DNA from: Tubulanus polymorphus
Lineage: Eukaryota; Animalia; Nemertea
DNA length: 64,000 nt
Reading direction: 5' to 3'
Assembly: GCF_964204645.1 (NCBI RefSeq)
Contig: NC_134031.1
Span: 12,216,088 to 12,280,087, forward strand
Shown piece after piece: positions 13,003 through 23,862 of the stretch (position 1 is the first letter of the stretch; the number at the start of each line of letters is the position of its first letter). The position numbers and the translations under genes were made by a program. The notes under the pieces were generated by a model. The model saw nothing but the letters and a program-made list of their open reading frames with translations, was not told where the DNA came from and searched no databases.

Positions 13003-13251
13003 AATCGTTTCGGCACCGTAAACAGTGCGCATCAAACCAAGGAAATGTATAACAAAACATACTAGATAATTTAAGGTTATGAGTCATGTAGCCGGCAATG
13101 CGTGGTGATCGCAAAATAAACATTGAACAAAGAAAAAAAAAAAAAATTTAAAGACAGCTGTTTTCACAACTGTTCATAATTAATATTTAAGTAGTATAAG
13201 CGTTATTCGAGTTGAAAAGTTAATACGTATATATATATTAGACTATAAGTT

Positions 13252-14262
13252 TTAGATTTCATAGAGTTTGATTGGGATTTTTTTCCCATCCTTGTCAAGA
13301 GCAAAGATTTTTCCATTTATGGTCCACATCGTTTGGTAACCTTCTTGCTTTTTTACTCTATTCATATAGCTAACAATGTCCGGTGAAAGATCTTCTTGTA
13401 CAAAAAATGTTTTACCTTTTAGACGTTTTTTATTAAATAGTATTTTGTTGCGGATCTGGTGGTCTTTAAATCTTACAATTATCGGGTTAGGGTATAAGTT
13501 TCCATCGGCATCTTTATTTTGCTTCTTAGGTTTAATTCTATGGCAAACATCGATGTCGTTGACTGATAGATCTTTGAGGATTTTATCCGGCATGTTTGAT
13601 TTCAGTGTGTTAACGACGACTGTAGCTCTCTTCGGGCGTTTCACTGATCCCAAACAGGCGTATATTATTTCGACGAGAGTATTGTTCATTTTCGACAGTC
13701 TTCCGTTTAATAGACAAAAGTTCCTTTTTTGAAGAATCAAGATTCCGTTTTTTTTCGTCATCCTTCAATTTGAGATTTTCAATTTCCTTTTTCAAATCTT
13801 CATTTTCGCCTTCTAAGTCGTACAGACGACATTCAAATCGTTCAAGTATTTTTTCCACTCGTTGGTGGTGCGCATCAAGTTTTCTATCCATGACATCCTC
13901 TAGTGAGAGTTTGAATTTTTCGAGGCTTTCATTTGTAACCATAGTCTTTTGCATAATCAAAAGAGTTTCTTGAATAGTTGGCGCATCCGATATATTAACT
14001 GAGGTATTTTTTGGCGGTTTATCAACGATAGATACCGTTTTTGGATTGATTACAGCATCTGATGCGTTTTTTGGCTGTTCATCAGAGGATGATAGAGGGG
14101 CCTCTTTACGTTTTTTTAGGCCTGTTTGGGCCTAACTGATTTATTATCATCCACGGGATAATTTTTAACATAAGTTACATCGTCCACGTCAGTGGACTTT
14201 GAGTCCATAAACACTTCACTTTCAGCGGTTTGGTTTGCTAGATCATTTCTATGGTCGGTCAT
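13252..14262 (-). pseudogene. LINE ORF1 (coiled coil plus L1-type RRM/CTD), frameshifted
   Basis: Motifs NEQYSRRNNIRLFGISE, IDVCHRI, IIVRFKD, FVQEDLS, WTINGKIF across ORFs 14116-14298, 13610-13960 and 13252-13761. Confidence 0.85.
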
Positions 14263-15777
14263 GGTTGAAGGTAATACGTCAGATATTTCAATATACAACT
14301 TGACGCCGAGTAACTTTAATCCCTTAAAAGCGCAGGTTCACATAGAGTTCATATGTACGTTGAATTTTCAGGACTATCGTACATACGAATATACGATGAC
14401 CTTGAAAGTTTGGATATTTGATAATCCACTTGTCACTTCCAGAGAACTTAAACGATTTATAGTCTAAGCAAAGAAAACTACGAGTTTTGTAGTTTTTGTA
14501 GTTACTGGAGAGATAAAGCCACGGATTCAACAATAACTTTCAACCGGAGTCTGTAGTTGACAGTTTATAGTCTATAGTTTAAAATTGTGTTGCCACAATT
14601 TACGCTTAACTACTTGCAGGTCATGTTGTCAGAGTTTTAAGCTAAATTTTAAGCATACCAAAAATTATTTGCGAATATTCCTTTTAAAATCCTGATGTAT
14701 TGATGATAATCCTATCACAGGCACAGATCTGACACATTACTAGTCATAAAAACAGCAAGAAACATTAATTAATTACGGAGCGCATTTTCGTGCAAACCAC
14801 CCGTCGGCCATCTTGCCAATTCCGTCCAATTTCTGTAATTCTATGTTATATTTTAAATCATCAATTTCTTTTTCTAAATATGCATTTCTTTTTTTAAATT
14901 CAATTTCTTCAATAACTTTATTATCTCTATCTAATTTTAATTGTTCTATTTCTTTATTTTTATCAGTTAATTCTTTTTCTAAAGTTCTAATTTTAAAATC
15001 TCATACTTTTATCAAACGCAAATTTATCAGCTTCATTTCTAATACTAATAATTTCTCTAATTGCTTTATCAGAAAATATATCTAATTCTTCTAATTCTTG
15101 ATCTGTTGCATCAATTAATCCATTCGGCATAAGTTTTTCAATTGGAACTTTATTTGATTTAAGTTTACTAGTTAAGTTCTGAATTTTATTGAGTATTTTT
15201 AATGAGTCATCAATTCTTTGACTAAATTCTTTTATATCATCACTTTCTTTTTTTGTAACATCAGTTATTTCATTACTATTACTTAATCTCTTAATTCTAA
15301 ATGTTTCTAAATTTTTCAAAGTTGATTCTGCTTATATTTTATTGAGTCTTGTCTCTTGCCCTTTATTAGTGATATCAATATAATAATCACCATCTTAATG
15401 ATAATAATATTTACCTTTTAAAAGTTTTAAATTTCCTACTAAACGTTCAGCATCTCTATCATTTATATTATACCCAGATCTTTCAAATACAGGTTTGAAT
15501 TTACAAGTAAATTCATTTTAATCTAACCTTTTTTTACTAAATCTGGATTTACATTTTCGGGATTTATTCTCTGTTCAGCATTTCTATCAAACTCGTCTGT
15601 TGATGGGGCTTTAAAACCACTATCTGCTAAATTAGAATTATATGATGTTTCATTATCAATATCAATATTAGTTTCATTAAAATCAGGTTGTGGTTCATTG
15701 GTTATACCGGGTTCATCAAAAGTATCCATTGGAAAATCTTCTACACCTTCTACTTCAATTTATATCTTACAAAAATT

Positions 15778-16630
15778 AAAATTTAAAATATAATATTCCT
15801 CCTATTACAATTCCTATACAAGTTATAGCTAATTTGGTATTTTCATGTGATTTATTTTCATTATTAGTTTTAATTATTTCATGTTGAATATTATCAGTTT
15901 TTATATTTTCTGATGTATTGTAATCTTTTATTTGAGAATCATTATTTAATTTAATATTCTTAGTTTTAGTTTCTGTTGATTGTATATTTTTTTAAATTTT
16001 TTCACCTTCAATTAGTTTTGGAGCAGTGATAATTTTTTTTATTTATATCATTTAATCCAAATGAATTATTTATTGTTGCAGTCTTAAATCAATTATTATA
16101 ACCAATTATATTTCCCATCTTTAATATAAAATCATCAGAAATAATTAATAAATTGGGCCCTATACTATAATTTAATCTAATATGTGATTTATCTAAACAA
16201 TTTTGATATCTTACAATGTTTTCTGGAATCGATCTATTTTTATCATTATGAATAGAATCTTCAAACAAAATTTTAAATTGGTTCTGTGTATCAAATGATG
16301 CATCTAAATATCCAATTATCGGGGATCTTGTTTCACCTGTGATCCTAGTATGCAAATCAAATATATTCTTATCGATTGATTTATTCTTTGTATACCTGAT
16401 TTTGTAAATCCTTCACTATTTTCTAAAATAAAATAAACCCAACCATTATTGTTTTCTTGTTTTATATTGAATTTCGATAATGTATTGAAATTTAATGTTT
16501 CTAAATCCATAGTTTCTATTTTACCATAACCTAATTTGACTATAAATGTTTGAATTAAAAAAATCTTTTTTTCCATGATTGAATCTAAACCACCAAATTC
16601 AAAACCCCATACATTTGCGCCATAAAATTT
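15778..16630 (-). pseudogene. Conserved Polinton-like protein with C-terminal hydrophobic tail
   Basis: GWVYFILENSEGFTKSGIQRINQSIRIYLICILGSQ / TRSPIIG...IVRYQNCL...YSIGPNLLII...GYNN, ending HENTKLAITCIGIVI; frameshifted and 5'-truncated. Confidence 0.6.
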
Positions 16631-16924
16631 AATTTGAATTTGTGTGAGCGGTTACGCGATCTCTTAAGCTGCTGCTTCAACTACGGATTTGGTTTCCCGT
16701 ATTCCAAATTGCAAGTGTGCAGCATCCTTACTTTTTCAATAGTGAACTTGGGAACTAAATGTTTCAACCCGATTTCCTCTAATATTACGTCCATGTCGGC
16801 TGGTCGGCGGGAGAGGTCCGTACGTAAAAAGCGCGCTGTATGCTAAAACAATAGACAGGTTGCCTGTCTAATTATGCGCCACCGTGCAAAACCTGGTCCA
16901 AATACCCATCCAAAGACGTGGTTT

Positions 16925-17240
16925 GATGCGTAATTTGACGGGTAAAAACGATGATTTTGATGGGTAAAATCGTTGAGTTTGACGGGTATTTGGTAAATAC
17001 GAAGCTTGAATTTTGACAGTATATCTACGATAGCGATTTTGACGCGTCAAATGAACATTTAATTTGACAGAATATCTACGATAGCGATTTTGACGTGTCA
17101 AATGAAAACGAGTTTTGACAGTATATCTACGATAGCAATTAGGTAATGCGAGATCATATTTGACGCGTCAAATACGATGTTTTGACATGCATTTTATGTT
17201 GAGTTGATGAGAAAATTCGATGTTTAGTTTTGACAGGTAA
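16925..17240. repeat. Minisatellite with palindromic tttgacgcgtcaaa core
   Basis: Repeated tttgacag(t/a)atatctacgatagc...tttgacgcgtcaaatg units of about 55 bp plus shorter tttgacggg units. Confidence 0.7.
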
Positions 17241-17579
17241 AAAATGAAAGAAGCCATTATTTCAGGCGGAGTATTGAGAGGGTTTAATCTCAATAAAGGT
17301 TATTTAAACAAAAGTGGAACCAGCAAATAATCCTATAATCGTAAAAAGACAACAGTTCCTTGGAAATCCAAAAAAGTATCTGACGAACAATCCAAAACAA
17401 AACAGCGAATGAAGAGCAGCTAAATCCGTGTGAACGCGTGAGATGCTAACAGCACAGTGACCTGAGATCGACAGTACGATTTCATGTTAGTATAAGTGAC
17501 CTATTTATGATGAAGTAGAATGGGGAGTCACTGCGCTACCGCCACACCCGCTGCCTGTCTATAGACTCGGCTATAATCG

Positions 17580-18315
17580 CTGAAGTGGGTTGTAGTAGAC
17601 ATTGTCATTTTAAATAACTTGTATATGTTATTCTGTATCAATTACCCATTTGTCTTGTTGTATTTTCTTATTTTGAAATTTGTAACTTTATTGAATTTGG
17701 GAATCTTATCCCAGAATTTCAATGTGATAAGGATCAATAAAGAATTGAATTGCCACCTAATACACATGCCATCAGAGGATGGGGAGCCATATATGACAGC
17801 TATACTATCATACATTGCTAATCTCATGAAACCTGCACACCCCTAATATCGAACGTATTTTCTAAAACATTTGAATATTGAAATTATATGTTTACACATC
17901 TTTATAATGACCGCTTGTAGCCGCTGATGAAATTCATGCCGGCCCTACACAGATTGCTTCTTCATTCCACCAGCATCCCCATGTCAGGGTCTGACTTTTA
18001 TATCCGACTTCCGCATCGTGTATACAACCGCCATTTAACCGAATAATCCGATTTACTTTATCATTTCTATTTATGCCTGCAGCTTCTGATATAATCATAC
18101 ATCCTTTACTATAACATAACATTTCGACGTTCAAATAGAGGTCATTATATAATCACAGGTAGCCATTCTACATCTTTGTCAATAATAGCTTGTATGTGTA
18201 CACCTAGACCAGTGACGTTTTGCACATCGATTTACCTCTGTCATTTGTAAAATGACGCTGAATGGTTAATATTGTTTAGGTTTCATAATGGTAATGTTTT
18301 ATAAGGCATCAAAAT
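17580..18315. repeat. Dispersed repeat, inverted copy of 62440-63215
   Basis: Colinear reverse-complement similarity over about 730 bp (e.g. gacattgtcatt and aaaatgacgctgaatgg); a short third piece lies at about 19280-19330. Confidence 0.85.
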
Positions 18316-18688
18316 GCGATAGAATAACTTAATGTTTTACAAGAATCGAGTTACAATTTGAAGTAACATCAAAACTGATTAACTGTAACAGCAAAAACTG
18401 CTCTGACGTGAAAAAAATAGTTGAATAATTTATTGAAACTTTGGAAATATTTCTAATAAATATCACTTTTATCAAAAAGTAACCATTGCATAGGGCTTGT
18501 AATGACAGGTAACCTGTCAACGAAACAAAATCATGAGTTGTAACAATATCGATAAAATGTTTTGAGGACTTTTACTTAAGAACTTTTGATATTTCAAAAG
18601 TAAGACCATTGCAGATTTTCAGTAAAATCTGTTGTAGCAGGACTTTTAGATATAAAAAAATTTAGGTTCACCTATATATTGAACTTAC

Positions 18689-18832
18689 CTTGAGCATGTG
18701 AATATGATGTATAGCGACCAAGAATATGAAGACTCCAAGAATTGAATTTTGGCAGCAAACCAGGAGGGCTCTTACTGTTAAGCATAAAGGGTAGGTATTC
18801 CGTTGTTGACTGATGTTGAACTTGTTCTTTGT
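18689..18832 (-). CDS. SMG8: SMG8 exon (DKEQVQHQSTTEYLPFMLNSKSPPGLLPKFNSWSLHILGRYTSYSHAQ)
   Basis: Acceptor actttag|AC, donor CAAG|gtaagt; 144 nt, phase 1 to 1. Resembles STVEYLPGML...GLLPKFSSWSL of SMG8. Confidence 0.95.
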
Positions 18833-20464
18833 CTAAAGTTAAAAAATGATGTATGATTATCCAGATTAATTTACAGTATTGCATATGGAGGTTAACACCT
18901 CTAAAAATGTGCAATTGCCATAACTAATGGATGAATCTTGGATGCAATGAGTAGTTAAAACAAAAGGATCATTTCTTAAGTCAGCAAAAACAAGAATCAA
19001 AATAGCTGCATCTTTCCTCAATTCATCTTAGAAAGTCTTACATTTAAATCAAATCAACAGGGGGTTACACCCTGCTTCTTCAGCAGGTTTCTTTCTAATT
19101 CCATTCAAAATTCATATATATTACGAAATCCATAGCAACGGCAGTAAAATTTAACATATATTATCACATTAAAACACTTTAATTTGTTATAAGTGTAAAA
19201 TGGTATTCATTTTTAATTTAGATGACGATTTAGACATCCTTGTCGAAGTTGCTGTCATACACCATCCTAACTGGCATTGTTTAACATTGTTTAGGTTTCA
19301 TAATGGTAACGTTTTAAAAGGCGTCAAAAAATGTGACAGAATAACTTTTGGGCCAATTAATCAGAAGCAGGTTTCTTTCGATTTTCATTCAAAATTCATA
19401 TATTTCAAAATCCATAGCAACAGCAGTAAAATTTAAGATATTGGCAGCTCGCCAACCGATAATCTAGTGATAGTGCAAGGTGAAATCAACAAACATTAAT
19501 TTAATGTTCAGTTGTTTTATAAGTGTCTTATCATCAAATAAAATTGTGATGGACCTGTAAGGTCTGGTATCCAGGAAGAAAGACACTAAATATTTGGATG
19601 GATATATGAAAGCTGTGGGTACTGGAGTGTGTAATGGGTAGTGTAGTGTGATCTGTGTGCATTTGTGGCCAGCACACAGATCACATTGTTCATTAGGGTT
19701 TGGTCCAGGATTGCGAGATTTTCAACAACACGGAAGTAACGTGTAATAAATGATGACTTGAATTGCATGACTACCTACCACCCCTCATTATTGTTGGATA
19801 ACTAAACGTTCGGCACTGACTAAAAATTAGTAATAACATTTTAGAAATGGCCAGAATTTTAACTTAGGTTCTATCTCATCTTTATTTTACAATGGCGATT
19901 GGTACAATTCTCTTTTAAACGGCCGTTAAGGCTTCATGTTTTGTCTGCAATTCACTGCAAATAGTTACGCAACTACGCACATTTCAGTGTTTTTGGCAGC
20001 TGTACACTCAATCGGCACTGTTCGTGACTAGCTTCACTGCGGAATTATCATTTATTAACATCGCCATATCACATCATCAACTTATATTGTGCCTTAAAAC
20101 CCTAACAGCCGAAATGATTGAAATGCACACACGATTTCTATCATTGAAAATTGAGAGAGTGGGCATGTTTGTGTTCTGCTGCTTCGAGTAAATACGCGGA
20201 GTGGGGCCGATACGTCTAGTCTTAACTGAGTCCAAAACCGTTTTGTAGTGATGCTCTATTGTGTGGAGCTTTCTTTGTTCTCTTTGGCATGTTCATAAAA
20301 GAAGCAAGACTTAGGTAAAATCCAAGCGTGATTCTCAGTTATTTCTATGGTTCTGTGGAGTGGAAGTAATTATTCCCTCTCTCATGGACTTTTGTGAGCG
20401 ACAGCATAACCGTCATTTTAACAGTTGCGTAACGAGAGAGACTATAAAATGTTGTTAAAAGCCT

Positions 20465-20900
20465 GAATTCAGCAGAGTGGGGAGTCCCTTGAACACTACG
20501 TTAATGAAAATCAACAGCTGGCCCAAAGCCATACCCTACCACATCAATGGAAGTGCACGATGAACTGGCTAAAGAGCAGCTCCTAGCAGGGCTAAGATAC
20601 AGCAAGGGAGTAATTGCTAATAGAAGACCCTCCCTTGAATTCAGACCCTTTATAGTATACATTGAGTAGGCTTACTGCAAAAAAGCTGACAGGAACCCTC
20701 TCCAGCTCGGCAGATAGCTGCAAAAAGATAGTTTCTGTGGGACAGCAAGGAGCCACCGAGGGCCAAATTGCAGCAGTAAGCATTCCCCAAAATGATAACA
20801 TGATGAAGCTCGTGCACTGGGTGAAGCCTTAGCCACACACATTGATAGGATGGAACTGAGGATGAACCAACAGCTGCAACGAAACGATGACATCTGCAGG
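20465..20900 (+). pseudogene. Old Gypsy gag fragment
   Basis: QQSGESLEHYVNENQQLA / YPTTSMEVHDELAKEQLLAGL parallels QKTTESVERYADELAELARNAYPGIAFELQDELAKDQFLKG in the Gypsy gag of this window. Confidence 0.6.
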
Positions 20901-22320
20901 CACTGTCGTGAACCCAATCATTCTGGGAGTTAGTGCCCATAGGTACAATGTTACAACTGCAGCCAACAAGGCTATCATTCCCGTCAATGCCAAGTCAGCA
21001 TCATCGGGAAATGACAGGAAGGGCTCTCAGATTGGCAGGAGAACCAAATCCAGTATGACCGGTGTTGTCATATCGCACAATCACGAATTTGTGAAATTTT
21101 TTAAAAACAAGGAATTTCTTAATTTTCACTATTAATAGTAACCAGGTTTTTTGACGGGGATAACCTTTGTCGGGCAAGGGGTCAGACACATGTTTTCATT
21201 ACCGTTACCCGCTAGGTCTATGTGATAATCTTTTACTATCGTCACTCAACAAATTAACGATATTTCCCAACAAGAAAATGGAAAACCTACGAAGGCAATT
21301 AATCTTTCAACATTGACTGCTGACCACGCAGTGACTTGCGTATCTGCGTATGTTACCACTAATAAGCCTTTAATTAATTTAATTGATGCTGCAATGTAAA
21401 ATGGATAGAAAAACAATGGTTTATTTAGACTAATCTGTTTCAATGGTTGTATTAAGACCAATTTGAGGTATGTGTTCAAACAATCAAGAGAAATATCCTA
21501 AATGAGCGATCTCAGATGGAATGCATTCTGGTTTTGGATTTTTATGCATGTAGTGTGTCTAAATTGTGATTCATCTGAGTGCGATGTATCAAGAAATGTA
21601 AATTAAACATGAATCATACTAAAGATTATTATCATGCTATATTAGCTTATAAACATGAGTTATATATAATTAAGTAGTACAAACATAATTTTTAACATAC
21701 ATAATTAGCAGGGTGAACCTGTTAAAAGTTTTCACTTGTAGCAACAGGTACCCAAATACACACTTCACTCTCACCCACACATTCATACTTTCTCACACTC
21801 GCTTTTCTACTGCTATCTAATTCATTTGTTTTTTTATAATAATTACTAATTATGATTTTCTCATAGGCTGACTTAAAAATCTCTAGGGAGGAGGTGATTT
21901 AAGAAGATTACTCATTTCATTCCATAGTTTAGGGCCTTTCTAACGTTGTAAGTTAGGCCCTTTGTAAGTTGGCGTGGTTGTTGCCCCAGACAATATTACG
22001 ATAGTATTTATGTGGATATATCATATAAAGAGAATAATATAGTTCAATAAGAATCTTTGTGGACAAATATGTTGCCAGTCTGCGCATGATACCAACATGT
22101 TTCGAGATTTTTTGAGAAGTTTGCTGGATATGTGGTTTCCAGTTTAGGTCCTCACCAATATATACACCTAGAAAATCTGGAGTACAGCAGTTCTTTTTAG
22201 ATGTTACCATTCAAAGATACATGTTAGTCAGATTTTTTTCTAGCACAACTGAATGTAAGATAATGTGTTTTTACTAGATTAAGTGATAATTTGTTTGCGC
22301 AAAACCAGATGAATAACTTT

Positions 22321-22660
22321 CCTTTGGCCAAAATATCATCGGTACCAAGTTTTATCTTGATCCATCTAAAACTGTAGGACGAGTAGCGATTCATAAAAAT
22401 AATGGCCCCAGCCCGTAGGGCACCCCTGGGGGGTCAAACCCAAAAAATGGCTATATATTGTTGTAAGCCTTACCCCATAGAATATTCATACTAATTTTGG
22501 AAATGATCCAATAAGAACTTTAGGACTAATAGCGATTTAAAGCAAAAGTTGACGGACGGATGGCCGGCCGGCCGGAGGGACGAGCGGACGGACAGATGAA
22601 GACGGACAATCACCGTAACCCATCAGCTCTGCTGACCTTCGGTCACAGTGGAGCTAAAAA
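22321..22660 (+). mobile_element. Helentron-like (HINE) non-autonomous insert in LINE
   Basis: (GGAC)-rich microsatellite, then 3' hairpin agctctgctgaccttcggtcacagtggagct and A-run. Confidence 0.55.
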
Positions 22661-23521
22661 GTTGATGCCATTGCAGTTGAATGGTTTCGTTGAAATCCAA
22701 ATTGACACACACTTAATACTTTGTGCTGGTGTAGAAAACGATTGATACGGTTGTACATTGTTTTTCCAGAAGTTTTGAAATACAGGGCAGTATTGAAATG
22801 GGTCTATAGTTGTTGAATAGTTTGTGATCATCTTTTTTATGTACAGGGATGACAACAGACATTTTCATACTTTCTGGAATATTTCAGAGTTTAAACTACA
22901 GTTAAAAATATACATTAGCGGAGTAGATATAAGATTAATTACATTTCTGACGATTGTCTGACTAATATCATCAATTCCGCAGCTTCGTTTGGACTTGAAG
23001 TTCTTCACAATCATTTCCAATTTCTGTCGTAGTTACTGGTACTAAATATGCACTCTCAAAAATTTGGTTGGTTAAAAAAAAAATCAAATTTAGTTTCCGT
23101 GAAGGGTATTTCAATGGCTAAGCATGGACCAACATTTTTTTTTAAATATCAAATTGTTCAGCGATTTCTTGATTATTTGTTTAGAATCTGTCTTCCTTTT
23201 TTAATTTATCAGGATATTCATTTTTGGTATTTTGTTTATTCATGCAAGAGTTTATAGTTTTCTAAGTTTGCTTATGATCATTTGCCGATTCCTCAAACTT
23301 TCGAGTATCGTATATTTTTTTGCTTCTTTCAGACATTTATTGAATTCATTGTGATAATTTTTCTACAGATAACTGGATGCAGAGGTCTTATTTTTGATAT
23401 ATTTCCTGTACAAATAGTTTTTTCGTTTTAAAGATGCTAAGAGACCTTTAGTCATCTACAGATTTTTTCTCTCTTAATACATATTCAATTTTCTATGCTC
23501 GATATTGAGACAGTCATCATA

Positions 23522-23862
23522 TACAGGGTGTCCCATTAATTACTATAAATTAAGAACTGCCTGTCAAATCAGCCAAATCTCCAGGAGAGGACTAAAACAA
23601 TTCTTTTCACCACAGAAAATTACTTACAAAGTATGCTAGATGAGAGAACCTTTCAATTTTATCACATGATTCAGTCTACTGTTGAAATTTCTCAGTATAT
23701 TGACAATCATCTGTGTTATCGCAGATGTTTCTCTCGAAATCATCAATAGTTTCTGGTTTGTTTTGGTACACTGTGTCCTTCAGCTAGCCCCACAAGTATA
23801 AATCCAGTGGATTTAAGTCAGGCGAGTATGGCGCCCAGTCGTATACAGTTAGGAGCGCTGAG
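23522..23862 (-). mobile_element. Tc1/mariner 3' fragment with one TIR
   Basis: TA plus cagggtgtccc terminus; minus strand reads WAPYSPDLNPLDLYLWG*LKDTVYQNKPETIDD (SPDLNP motif). Confidence 0.75.

Larger units (their letters stand above)
9700..14829 (-). mobile_element. Full-length CR1/L2-group (Crack/Daphne-like) LINE
   Basis: 5' end ggacggaattggcAAGATGGCCGac; ORF1 plus APE-RT ORF2; 3' UTR with microsatellite; AATAAA followed by (ATGAT)3 tail at 9714-9700. Confidence 0.88.
9196..15759 (-). pseudogene. Polinton-like coiled-coil protein with C-terminal hydrophobic/amphipathic membrane domain, split by a LINE
   Basis: N-part 15759-14830 (acidic start, then K/E-rich coiled coil); C-part 9700-9196 (SLKDRIKLLLKLEGITILSILTAV...ALPGVIASIVSFVLK...IILHIIFILITVV). 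Removing the LINE joins ...IELQK to DKEEIKLLLKSY. Confidence 0.65.
7725..16630 (-). mobile_element. Decayed endogenous Polinton/Maverick-like virus gene block (interrupted by LINE at 9700-14829)
   Basis: Very AT-rich, intronless, co-oriented, tightly packed pseudogenes resembling the capsid block of Polinton-type elements from marine invertebrates (recall). No polB, integrase or TIR seen in this block. Confidence 0.7.

Noticed and set aside
16925-17240. CRISPR-like repeat array
   Set aside because: Eukaryotic context, spacers are not unique, no cas genes; it is a minisatellite.
19195-19270. Possible extra SMG8 exon
   Set aside because: No in-frame donor before a stop; exons 27828-28070 and 18689-18832 already join in phase.
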